From Naegleria gruberi (lineage: Eukaryota): a stretch of DNA of 64,000 nt. The stretch is from NCBI GenBank assembly GCA_000004985.1, contig GG738873.1; one strand, given 5' to 3'. Of this stretch, positions 19,392 through 29,892 are shown piece by piece. Both the position numbers and the translations under genes were made by a program. The notes under the pieces were generated by a model, which was given only the letters and a program-made list of their open reading frames with translations, ran no database searches and was not told where the DNA came from. The number at the start of each line of letters is the position of its first letter. Within the stretch, counting starts at the first letter, position 1.

Positions 19392-20720
19392 ATAATATTA
19401 ACACCATCCTTATCAAAATCCTTACTATATGAATTCGGTAATCATCCATTCGAAGCCATGTTGCAATATTCATGATCAAAGAACATTCATTGTATAATCC
19501 ATCAGAAAGGTAACACCTAGTAAAAGTGTCTACAGTATTTGTTAGAACCGCTACTGTAGATGATTTCTGACAGAAATAGCAACCATTTTTGTGATGCTTG
19601 GAACATTCCGAACAAACAAGGATTATCGCATGAAGCTTCCTCTTTTATCGCAATCAGTTGGTTCTATATTCACTAGCGTAACTCTCAATTTCTTGAACCT
19701 TTCTCAACAAAGTCCTTCATCTCCGATAGATTCTGTGATGATTTTTCAACATTCCCATTGAGGGTTTCATTTGTTACTAAGGGAAATAGTTAATTTGCTG
19801 AACCATCCACTTTGCAACCCACACATCACAACAACAGTAAGGAAAATTGCACATTCAAAACAGTGCCCTCAATTGACTTCAAGTGGACCGTTTGAAAGCA
19901 TCCTGCAAGACATAACATGGCCATGACCAAATTAATAACTTACCATTATGAAGGGAGTTTTTAGATAACGCCCACAAATAATCAGCTACAGTAAAGGAGA
20001 AAAACTGTAGTTTGAATATTATCAAGGAAGTAAATAAACGTGTTCTCCTTGCTTGAATGATCAATATGTTAATATATTCGATATGGAGGAAGGATGATTA
20101 TGATTCACTTCTACACAGAATGTTTCAAACTTTCCATTTATAAAGCAGGCATCAACATTCAATGTTGATATTTTCATAAGCAACCATTTCATCACAACAT
20201 CACATTATCCGGTAAAGTTTCAATGCCATCATGAGTTGCATCAAACATGAGCCTTCAAAATAGTGAAGGTTGCACTTTTGGCGCTTGATTTTTTTTGCAT
20301 TGTTGTTGCGTTGTTGCTCACATCAGCACATTCCAAGCTTCAAAGATGATTCAAAACGAAAACAACCTCCGAAAGCAAAAAAAAATCGGTTATATTGTAT
20401 TTGAAAAGCTGCTTTTCTCATATCCGATAATATTTTAGTGTCTTTTTGATTGTCGTCGAGACGAGTATTAGTAATTTTTAATAGCTACTACTACTTCTTT
20501 TGCTTTATCGGCTTGACACAATCTTCTTCCGTTCAACTTTGAATATCGGGTTTTATTTGGTTTTTTTTGTAGGAGGACTTGGATTGACTACTTTTTGGTG
20601 ATTGATACTATTGATAATAACATATATTGATACGACTACAACTTTTTTCAATACTACTTATTACTCGCCAGATATATTCACCTAAAAATAGTTGTCATCT
20701 TTATTAATAGATTAAAAGAA

Positions 20721-23700
20721 ATGCTACCATCATATCTTGCCAACTCTCCTGCCAGTGAAAATAACCAAGAAACTAATGTGGAATTCAATGAACAACACTC
20801 TCTAAAGAGAAAGAAAGAAGAAATAGACAAGGAATTGAAAGCTTGGGAGATTTTTGATGAAGTTAACAAGTACAAAGATGAACCATCTTTCAAGAAGGCC
20901 AAAAAAGCACTCAACCAGACTGAATGTTGTCCTGCAGGTCGTAACTTGATTGATAATGTCTTTATGCAAGATTGTGAATCATCTGATAATGATTCTTCCT
21001 CAGATGATGACCAAAGTAATGGTGCTTATAAGAAATCATGTTTAGGATTGTACAAGAGTGCAATTCCAAGCAAGGCATCCTGTATTATGGATACTTCTGA
21101 AGAATTACCATCAATCATTATCCCAGCTAGAAGAAGAAGAAAGAGTGCCAATACAAATAGTCCAACTTCACCAACTATTCCATCAAACGTTACTAATGAA
21201 CAAGTAACAACATTGGCTAATGTTTCTTCTGCACGTTCTGCAAAGAAATGGAACTCTTTCGAAATGATGCCTCACGGTATTTTGGTATTCATAATGTCAT
21301 ACATTTCTCAACCAATGATCATTCATGCAATGATGGCTGTTTGTAAGAGATGGTACCAAATCTCCAAGTTCAGTACACTTTGGAAGAGAATTGATTTTAA
21401 TGGTTCATTCAAGATCAAATCAATGAGTGATGTTGTTGGTTTCCTCGAAGACTTTACCACTTTAAAGATTTCTGACATGAGAAAGACCTATGCATTAGGT
21501 TCTACTGTGCTCATGGAATCTTTGGGAGGATTAGGTCAAAAGGAAGTTATTTACAATGTCCAACAATATGAATATGGTCTTTCTCTCCAAAAACAAGAAC
21601 AATTAGGTATCTATAAGAATGGTGGAGTTTTACTCCCACCAAAGAAATCCAGAATGCCTCACCTTTTTGGTGAAATCATTTTACCTGCTTCTTGTTCAAA
21701 CCTCTCTGTTGAAACTTTTGAAAAGTTGAAAGAGGTTTATCCATCCTTGTCTAAATTGGTTCTTCCAATGTGTTCTACAATTTCCACAGTTTCTAATACT
21801 GGTGCATTTCCTATCAATGCTGATAACAATTCCAGAATTCAATTCAATACTGAAGACATTGAAAACAGTATTTCTGATTCTGTACTATTGCAAATTGCCA
21901 AGATGCCATATTTGAGCTATCTTAAAGTATCTACTCATCACAAGTTAACTGATCAAGGTTTGAATGAATTTTCCATTCTTTCAAAGAGACTTGAATCCAT
22001 TGAACTTGACTATTGTTTGGGTTTGACTCAGCAATCACTCTTGCATCTTGTAAAGAATAGCAAACATATTAACACTATTAGTGCTCTCAGCAATGGAAAC
22101 ATTGTTTTGGGAGATCAAGAACTTGTAGAATTATCCCAATATGGTTCTCATTTAAAAGAATTGAGAATTGATGTTTCAAATATTTCTCTTCCATCCTTCG
22201 CTACCTTTATTAAGGGTTGCAGAAGACTCCAAACTTTATTTATTAGAGGTCTTGATTGTATTACTGATAAGACCCTCGATGTTATCTTTGCCGAGCTCCG
22301 TTACATTCGTAATATTACAATTATTTGTGAGAGCCCTGAGAAGACTGCTACAAACAAAATCTTCTCTACAACAATTTCTAGCACCACCTTAGAATCCTTC
22401 CAAATTACTGGTTGTGAGACTTTGAACATTTCCTTTGATCATTGCACCAACTTGAAGAAAGTATCTATTGACCAATGCAAGAGCTTGACTGGTCTTCAAA
22501 TTTCTAACTCCTTACTTGTTGATGAACTAAAATTCAGAAGTAGTAACATTGCATATGTGAACCTTTCACAATTGATAAATTCATTGCCAAAGTTGAGAGA
22601 GTTTGAACTCTTTGATTGCCAATCAGGAGAAACAAACAAGACTGTTACTTTCAATTCTGATATTATGAGAAAGATTATTATTCTCATGTGTAACGACATT
22701 ATCAACCTTGAAGTTTTATGTAGTAATCTTAGATCTATGAGCGTTGATTTGTGTGCCAACATTGAAAAGTTGATTCTCAAGAGTCCAAAGTTGGAAAATT
22801 TACAAATGTTTGCTCTTCCTCAATCAGCTACTCCAAAGCTCAAACATTTATTTGTTGAAAGTGATCATATCCAATCTTTGAACTTGCAAAAGATTCTCTC
22901 ACTCGAACAAATTGCAGTCAAGTGCAAGTCTTTGGATTCACTCAATGTTTCCAACCTTCATCAACTCAGAAGATTGGAAACTGGACCATGTCCAAAGCTT
23001 GAAAAGTTAGCCCTAGGAAGTGTCTTCCTCTTATTTGATGATCATCTTGTATCCAATATTATTAGCAAGTGTCCAAATATTAGTATGTTGAGCATTTCCA
23101 ATAGTGTATCATTGAATGATGTATCACTTGGAGTTTTGTGCAACAATTTGCCAAACCTTCAAGCTCTTGTCATTTCCAATTGCCAACGTTTGTGGAATGT
23201 CAACATTCAATCATCTGTACTTAAAGGTATCCAAATCTCAGATTGTCATCTCCTCAAGTATTTAAACTTGAAGAGTGAAAATCTTAACAAGTTATTCATT
23301 AGAAATTGTCCAAATGTTGAAGATTCTACATTTGATAACCTCTCTGCCTTCAGTCCAAATATCAAGTTTGTAGAGTTGGTTAATTGTAGTATGCTCAAGT
23401 CACCACATCTCAAGCTTCCACAACTTGTCGATCTCCATTTCAGAGAATGTGCCCAATTAGAAGTTCCAACCATTACTTCTGAATATTTGAAAAAGTTGTT
23501 GATTGTTTCTTGCACAAAGTTTTCTCACTTTAATGCTCAATCAGCAACCCTCTCTGAAATTTTACTCTCTGAATGTCCAAACTTGAACGAAGCTAATCTT
23601 ACAAAGAGTCTTTCCCAAACCGAAAACATTCAAGCTATTGTTTTCGATAAGTGTAAGGCCCTTAGAGCTCCTCAATTGAATCTTGATAACCTCAAGCTCG

Positions 23701-24449
23701 TTAGATTTACCTCATGTAATAATCTTGTCAATCCAAAGATTAATATTAGAGGTAATTTGTCTGTTCTCTCCTTCCAACATTGTGATAACATCAAGATTGA
23801 AAAGTTGAGCACCAACATTACTGGACAAAATATTGATAATATTGAAATTACTGAATGCAAGGGAATGACCAAACTCTCTTGTGATTTACCAACTAAGAGT
23901 TTGAGTGTTAGTGGATGTTCCAAACTTTCCTCTCTCACTCTTTCTCAAACCATTCAAACAATCCTTGTTGAAAAATGTCAAGCTCTCTGTACTATTCAAT
24001 GCCCACAAGAATGCCGTGTGACTGAGCTTAAAGTTAAGGATTGTGAACAATTCTCCTCTGTTCAATTTAGTGGACCAAATCAAGATATGAAGATTCTTGG
24101 ATTTTCAAGATGCCCACGTTTATCTGATATGTGTTTAGCATCCATGTTAAGCAAGTGCCAAACTCTTGAAAAGGCAAGATTAAGTGCTTGCGGTCTTGCT
24201 CGTCCATTTATTAATCATGCCAATTTATCTACTTTACATATTTCTCATTGTCAATACTTGGAAAGAATGAGATTAAAATGTCCAAAGCTTATTACCCTCA
24301 AACTCAATGATTGTCAAGCTTTAAATTCTGTTGTATTTGCTGAAGCTTCACCTGAGCTTAAGAATGTAACATTGAAAGGGCTTTCTGTCTGTGCATCTGA
24401 TAGAGAACTTTTGATGAGATGTTCCAACTCTAGTGTTGCCTCACAATAA
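20721..24449 (+). CDS. F-box / leucine-rich-repeat (FBXL-type) protein, 1,242 aa
   Basis: Uninterrupted ORF. A canonical F-box (MMPHGILVFIMSYISQPMIIHAMMAVCKRWYQISKFSTLWKRIDF) is followed by more than 25 cysteine-containing LRRs (C..L..L.L..C..ITD). Confidence 0.85.
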   Translation: MLPSYLANSPASENNQETNVEFNEQHSLKRKKEEIDKELKAWEIFDEVNKYKDEPSFKKAKKALNQTECCPAGRNLIDNVFMQDCESSDNDSSSDDDQSNGAYKKSCLGLYKSAIPSKASCIMDTSEELPSIIIPARRRRKSANTNSPTSPTIPSNVTNEQVTTLANVSSARSAKKWNSFEMMPHGILVFIMSYISQPMIIHAMMAVCKRWYQISKFSTLWKRIDFNGSFKIKSMSDVVGFLEDFTTLKISDMRKTYALGSTVLMESLGGLGQKEVIYNVQQYEYGLSLQKQEQLGIYKNGGVLLPPKKSRMPHLFGEIILPASCSNLSVETFEKLKEVYPSLSKLVLPMCSTISTVSNTGAFPINADNNSRIQFNTEDIENSISDSVLLQIAKMPYLSYLKVSTHHKLTDQGLNEFSILSKRLESIELDYCLGLTQQSLLHLVKNSKHINTISALSNGNIVLGDQELVELSQYGSHLKELRIDVSNISLPSFATFIKGCRRLQTLFIRGLDCITDKTLDVIFAELRYIRNITIICESPEKTATNKIFSTTISSTTLESFQITGCETLNISFDHCTNLKKVSIDQCKSLTGLQISNSLLVDELKFRSSNIAYVNLSQLINSLPKLREFELFDCQSGETNKTVTFNSDIMRKIIILMCNDIINLEVLCSNLRSMSVDLCANIEKLILKSPKLENLQMFALPQSATPKLKHLFVESDHIQSLNLQKILSLEQIAVKCKSLDSLNVSNLHQLRRLETGPCPKLEKLALGSVFLLFDDHLVSNIISKCPNISMLSISNSVSLNDVSLGVLCNNLPNLQALVISNCQRLWNVNIQSSVLKGIQISDCHLLKYLNLKSENLNKLFIRNCPNVEDSTFDNLSAFSPNIKFVELVNCSMLKSPHLKLPQLVDLHFRECAQLEVPTITSEYLKKLLIVSCTKFSHFNAQSATLSEILLSECPNLNEANLTKSLSQTENIQAIVFDKCKALRAPQLNLDNLKLVRFTSCNNLVNPKINIRGNLSVLSFQHCDNIKIEKLSTNITGQNIDNIEITECKGMTKLSCDLPTKSLSVSGCSKLSSLTLSQTIQTILVEKCQALCTIQCPQECRVTELKVKDCEQFSSVQFSGPNQDMKILGFSRCPRLSDMCLASMLSKCQTLEKARLSACGLARPFINHANLSTLHISHCQYLERMRLKCPKLITLKLNDCQALNSVVFAEASPELKNVTLKGLSVCASDRELLMRCSNSSVASQ

Positions 24450-24612
24450 TATGATGGTTTTTAGTGAGTGTCAATGTTGAGAATGTTGTGTGGTAAGAAT
24501 ACGTCGTTTATTCTCAAATTTTTTCAAAATAAAGCGTGATTTGTACATTTAACTTGTTAATTTCCTCTCAAAGAGTCTTATTGAGCTTATCAGATTACAT
24601 TATTTACAATAT

Positions 24613-26056
24613 TTACATGATGAACAACTTCTTGCCGTCCTCTTCTTGGAATGATTTTCCATCTCTTGGATCAACAAATGTTCCATTATTCTTTGCCATA
24701 TTTTCTGCCACTCCTTTTTGACTGTATACATTTCCATTTGGGAATACAAGAGGCGGATTTAAGTGATCCATTATATCTCCACAAATTGAACAAACAAGTT
24801 TGGAGTGGTGATGGTGAGCGAATGGTAAATCCTTTGCAAGCTCTTTGAATAGTGGATGTGACAGTGGGTCGTTAACATTGATCGAATTCTCATCGTATGA
24901 ATAAGGGGTCTTGAGTGCAGAAAGTCCAGCTTTAAGAAGTTTGAAAAGGGTGGCCTCCTCAGTCATTCCATAAAGTTTGTAATTCTCCTTATTGAACTCT
25001 TCCACCAATTCATCCCATCTCTTATCATCGTACAATTCCTTATATCCTGCCATTAGAGTTTTTGGTCCAAATGCAAGAGCAGCCATAATTTTCTTTACAG
25101 TATTAGTTTGTTCAGGTGTTATTTTACAAGAGTTATCGTCTTCATTTGTTGTTGTTGCTGCTGATGAATTACCCTTATCTACAATAGGATTAGTTAGGTA
25201 TTTTCTTGCATGAATAACAGCTTCCATTTTCTTATCTTGCTTTGATAATTCAATAAATTCCTGAACTCTAAGATCAAACTCTATATTGCTCTGAATTTTT
25301 CCAATAAATTGTTACATAATAAGTCAACATATTGATGCAAATGTAAACATATAAATAATTATTACACAAAATAGTCATTCACACAATTATTAGAATAATT
25401 AAAGCAATTCAAGTAAATTAAATCCAACTTACTGATATCTTTCTCAATCTTGATCTGTTCTCCGAGCACCACTTAAGAGCTGGACCACAATCATTATTTT
25501 TCAAACCCTCAATAATTCCTCTAATTTGAATAAACACTTGAGTATTTACCAAGTGCTTAATCTTTTCCGAATCAGCCAAGGCTAGAGCAGTTTCATAATG
25601 TCCAAATCGAAGAAGATAATCTACCAACACTCTACTCACTCTCACCCTTCTCCAATTGGAAAGAGTACGATACTGATTATCATCAATATTGGAGGTAGAC
25701 TTTCTTCTTGATATGGCTCCATCAATGAGTGGATATTCATTGAGGTGATCGATACGATCCTTGCACGTATTCAATAATTGTGTTTCTTCAATGTTGGTTT
25801 CTTCCAACTTTCTCTTAACTCCTCTCAACTTGGTTACAACCTTATCGAGAAAATTAGTTTGATCTTGAATGGAGAGGTTTTGTTTTGAAGCCTTTTGAAG
25901 CATTTCCTTCATGGCCTTTTCTAATATTGATAAATCCTTCTCAACCGATTTTTGTGATGATCTAAACTCAAAGTTTAGCATTTCAAAGGGTACCTGAAGT
26001 AAATCATGTTCCGATTCTAATTCTTTGGAGGTTGAATGAGACAATGATGAAGACAT
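24613..26056 (-). CDS. maea: MAEA/Fyv10-type CTLH-complex E3 ligase subunit with LisH, CTLH, CRA and Gid-type RING domains. join(24613..25290,25433..26056).
   Basis: Exon 1 carries LisH (LVDYLLRFGHYETALALA) and CTLH (ALKWCSENRSRLRK). A GTAAGT donor at 25432 and a 142-nt intron lead to an acceptor ttcag at 25291. Exon 2 starts SNIEFDLRVQEFIELSKQDKKMEAVIHARKY and ends SKLVCSICGDIMDHLNPPLVFPNGNVYS...KLFIM. It is collinear with human MAEA ([24 protein letters not shown]..., NPPMMLPNGYVY, KVYIM). Confidence 0.85.
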
Positions 26057-26227
26057 TTTTTAAAAGGAATGTATCTTGAATAGTATTGGATGTATTAATA
26101 AACGATAATAAGACTGGAAGATTAAAAGATAATCTAATCAAATATTCTAATACTATCACAAGTTCTACAAAATAATAATTCTAAATTTGATTTTTAAATA
26201 TATTTTTTTTATAGTGGAAAAAACAAC

Positions 26228-26641
26228 TTATTGGGTTTCTTCAGTCTTCAATCTGGCAGTAGCGTTCAAAACCTTGATGTCCAATTCCTTAGCTCTTTCA
26301 ACAATTTGCTTTCTCTTTTGAGCACCAGTCTTAGCAGAAATGACGGCAGCATACTTGTTGTTATGCATCAACAAGACTTCGAGATCCTTAGCATTAGCGA
26401 CAACGTATGGGATCAATCTAGTCTTTCTGTCGTGGAATCTGGAGACCTTAGCAGTACCGAAACCAGATGAAGGCAAAGCTCCGTGACCTCTGTAGTGTCT
26501 TCTCAAAGGGTTATCAATACCGTGTGGACATCTCCAGGTGGTCTTTTGGGCCAATCTGGTGAATTTGTGGGCATCGAAACGTCTAAACTTCTTGTCTCTC
26601 TTGTGGACAGGCTTGACTCTCAAAGCTGGTGTGACGGACAT
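26228..26641 (-). CDS. rpl32: 60S ribosomal protein L32e
   Basis: From the ATG at 26641 the protein reads MSVTPALRVKPVHKRDKKFRRFDAHKFTRLAQKTTWRCPHGIDNPLRRHYRGHGALPSSGFGTAKVSRF...VERAKELDIKVLNATARLKTEETQ, about 137 aa. It is collinear with eukaryotic RPL32. The longer track ORF is an upstream read-through with no homology. Confidence 0.85.
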   Translation of the reverse strand: MSVTPALRVKPVHKRDKKFRRFDAHKFTRLAQKTTWRCPHGIDNPLRRHYRGHGALPSSGFGTAKVSRFHDRKTRLIPYVVANAKDLEVLLMHNNKYAAVISAKTGAQKRKQIVERAKELDIKVLNATARLKTEETQ

Positions 26642-27315
26642 TGTGAGATATTTTTTTTCAACAAAATTTTTAATCAACAAGACTATTAGATTTTTACAAT
26701 GAAAATTTTTTGTGCAATAAAATTCAAGCATAAAAATTTTGAAGCAACAACAAGCTTGGCATAGCTTCTTCATCATGTCCCATAGATGATTATTTATGTA
26801 AAGATGGTACGGAAGTCGTGATACTTGACTTGAAAACACTAACACGTACCAACAATACGAGAGGAAGAATTTGTTGAAGGAATTAGCAGCTTATCCTATT
26901 AATATTATAATTATATGTTCATCAATGACAAAGCAAACACCACTACAAACTAATATTGCAGCCAGTAGTTGCTTCTCTAGCTAATAATTATAATATATTA
27001 ATTATAGGATATATATAATTAAATAATATTGGAGTTATAGGAGAAAGATTTAACTTGATTAATAACAACATAACAACCAGTCTTCAAATACCCTTCTGGT
27101 ACTTGATGTGATACGGACAACAATTATCTACCAGTATGAATCAAATGATTATTCCATGATCACATTATTAACACTACACAAATCTAAAGAATTCAAAGTC
27201 TTGGTATATCTTAATGTATTGGAAGGAACTTCTGGCACTCTTTCAAGTAATTACGACCAAGTAGAATTCAAATATTTACTGAGTGGATGTCTTGGAAAGG
27301 TTCTAAACAACATCT

Positions 27316-28005
27316 TTATTCAGATTTACATTGATCAATTGGTGGACAAATATCTGGTACCTTAAACACATTTGGATCAACACTCTCAACCATATTATAA
27401 TTATTTTCCAAGCTACTTCCAAATGAATCTTGTGAGTAGGTATTTAAAATCCAACAATTCTCGCTCTGAGATGGATTATCATTGAAAATGAAAGTCTCCA
27501 TGAATTGCTGTTGCGATTTGGAGACAATTCTCTTTGCATCTAAATGACCAATTCTGACCTTGCTGATATTTCCTTGATTTGGAAGACAGAACCAATCGAA
27601 ATCATATTGATATTTGACACATCCACATTGATTATTCATGATTTCAAAGTTGACATATTGGGAGCCAGCAATTCTGAATGTGTAGAGGATGTGAGGAGTT
27701 GGTTGACCAGTAGGTGATTTGGAGACTTCTTGTCTAATCTTTCCTAATTTATAATCTGCATAGAATGAGGAAGTGCCATTAAAAGAATTAATCATGGAAT
27801 TTGGGGTGAAAAAAATGTAATCACCAAGCATGGAGACAGTTCTTGGTAAACAACATAAATTACCTGCTGATCCTCTCTTTTTAGACAAACTTTTGGAAGT
27901 TTCGAATAGTTTACTGAGAGGAGTCAAAGAGAAATTGGTGCCACAGGTCACAGAAGAAATTGTAAGGATGGTTAAAAACAATGCATAGAGAAGTGATTTG
28001 TTCAT
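27316..28005 (-). CDS. Secreted Cys-containing protein of unknown function (229 aa)
   Basis: ORF with a signal-peptide-like N-terminus (MNKSLLYALFLTILTISSVTCG) and several cysteines. I recognise no known domain. Confidence 0.45.
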   Translation of the reverse strand: MNKSLLYALFLTILTISSVTCGTNFSLTPLSKLFETSKSLSKKRGSAGNLCCLPRTVSMLGDYIFFTPNSMINSFNGTSSFYADYKLGKIRQEVSKSPTGQPTPHILYTFRIAGSQYVNFEIMNNQCGCVKYQYDFDWFCLPNQGNISKVRIGHLDAKRIVSKSQQQFMETFIFNDNPSQSENCWILNTYSQDSFGSSLENNYNMVESVDPNVFKVPDICPPIDQCKSE

Positions 28006-28619
28006 TTTTTAATAAAGGAGTTGATTAGTTGTTGATCTTTCGGCTAAACATTAAGTAATCCATAGGGTTTCCAACTTGATTCCAATCTAAAATTTGGACA
28101 CCATTCTCCTGAGCCATTCTCTCCGTACCAACTCCACTTCCAAAACAATTAATTGAAATGCTCATTAGTGGCGTTGTAATTGATCTGGCAGTAATCCCAC
28201 AACTATGTTTGGGAGAAATATTTGAAATACTTTGAATCGAGGTAAGATGGATCCTATCTTAATGAAAAACCAAGTAGTACCTTACACATTATTTGGGTTT
28301 CCGAGCTGTTAATACGAAACTGTACTGTAACTAATGAAACTAAACATTCGGAAGAATATATACCAAGATGCATTTGAAGGTAATTCTTGAATTACTTGTG
28401 GTGAAGATGATACACCATACTATTCCGATCATGAAGAATAAAATGTTGGTATTACTATTGAAATGATCTTTTGTCAAATTTTCTTATCATCCATTAACTA
28501 TCTATTTGCATTATGAAGATTAAAATATACAACAATAATTCAATGAATCAGAAAAATCACTAAACCTTTTCACAATAAGTTATATATTAATGTACAATGA
28601 TGATTAGAGAGTTTCTAAT

Positions 28620-29447
28620 CTATTCCTTCTTTGACTTCTTACTAGACAATGCCTTGATAATACCCTTAGTGAGTTTAGTGAACCACATGATATTCAAAAA
28701 GGCCAAATTCAAACATTGGAGAAGCCAAAAACCGAGAGCAATCCAACCATTAACACCCTTTTCACCAACATAATTCATCCAAGCTCCCCAAGTATGAACA
28801 AAGAAGAGAATATTAAAGACAACATATCCAAGTCTAAAGATTGCCCATGAAAGCCACATCATTAATCCGTTCAAGACATAGATCATTGCTTCCTTGAAGC
28901 CTCCCTTCTCCAAGAACCATCTACCATTAATAAAAACAGTAGTATGTTCAGTCAATGTGACCCAGACACCCAAAATTTGAGCAACCTTCAATTGAACAAG
29001 TGCAATTTGAGCACCAGCAATACAAACATGGTGAATAATCATTTCAATTCCTCCAATTTGTGGATAATAATAAAAGACAAACAATAAATCAATAATCATA
29101 TAACCAGTTGAATAGTAAAAGATACATTCAGCATATAAAGAAGTGTGAAGGAAATCCCATTCAGACAAAAACTTGATATCATTCAATAAAATCCATCCTC
29201 CGACAAATCCCATCACAAATGAGTGAATTGAAGAAATGATACGTGATTCGTATTCATTTCGATCTTTGAGTTGAAGAGAATTGTAAAACTTTGGAAGGAG
29301 AATTGTTTTACAAAGAATTTTCATAACAAATAAATAGAGCAAGAGATTTCCGACCAAACTTGCCAACAATACTTGATGAGGAGTTGAAATTCCATAAGAA
29401 GACAAACTTTGATGCACGTCTTGAACAATTTGAATCACTCCACTCAT
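28620..29447 (-). CDS. TLC (TRAM/LAG1/CLN8) domain multi-pass membrane protein
   Basis: 275-aa ORF with about 6 hydrophobic helices and a conserved HH pair (IIHHVCIAG), typical of the TLC/TMEM56 family. It ends in a Lys-rich tail. Confidence 0.65.
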   Translation of the reverse strand: MSGVIQIVQDVHQSLSSYGISTPHQVLLASLVGNLLLYLFVMKILCKTILLPKFYNSLQLKDRNEYESRIISSIHSFVMGFVGGWILLNDIKFLSEWDFLHTSLYAECIFYYSTGYMIIDLLFVFYYYPQIGGIEMIIHHVCIAGAQIALVQLKVAQILGVWVTLTEHTTVFINGRWFLEKGGFKEAMIYVLNGLMMWLSWAIFRLGYVVFNILFFVHTWGAWMNYVGEKGVNGWIALGFWLLQCLNLAFLNIMWFTKLTKGIIKALSSKKSKKE

Positions 29448-29502
29448 TCTCTAATCTTACTTTTTTTTACTTTACTCTTATATAACTTTAGATAACTATC
29501 AG

Positions 29503-29520
29503 TTGTTGTTGTTGTTGTTG
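29503..29520. repeat. (TTG)6 microsatellite in an intergenic region
   Basis: ttgttgttgttgttgttg, read directly. Confidence 0.8.
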
Positions 29521-29892
29521 TACGGTTACTTCAACACTCTACTAATCACTACACTCCCGATAATGATGATGTGAAAGAAAAAAGGGCGAACAGCAATCGC
29601 TTTAATTTTTTTCAAATAAAAAACACAAACTCCTCTGTTATGAGAGTTTCGATACAATAATTGCGCCAATCATCACTATCGATAATTCCTCCATGTGAGG
29701 AGGAAGAAATTTGGATGTTTTGGTGTTGACGTGCGCAGGCATTTATCTAATGATTGGATTTGGATAAAATACGGAGAGTTTTTGAATCTTCATAATTGGT
29801 TTGATTGGATTACAATTTACAAAAAACTGCAATTCAGCATGGATGACTTGAGGGAGGACTCAATGAAGTTAAAAAATTGTTGATTTTATTTA

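Noticed and set aside
26642-26845. N-terminal 68 aa of the track ORF upstream of RPL32 (MLVFSSQVSRLPYHL...)
   Set aside because: L32 homology starts at the ATG at 26641. The upstream part is an open read-through with no ATG context and no similarity.
28024-28280. Open frame on the minus strand ending ...MSISINCFGSGVGTERMAQENGVQILDWNQVGNPMDYLMFSRKINN
   Set aside because: It is only about 46 codons from its first ATG, has no start context, no recognisable similarity, and no convincing upstream exons. It may be a UTR of the TLC gene.
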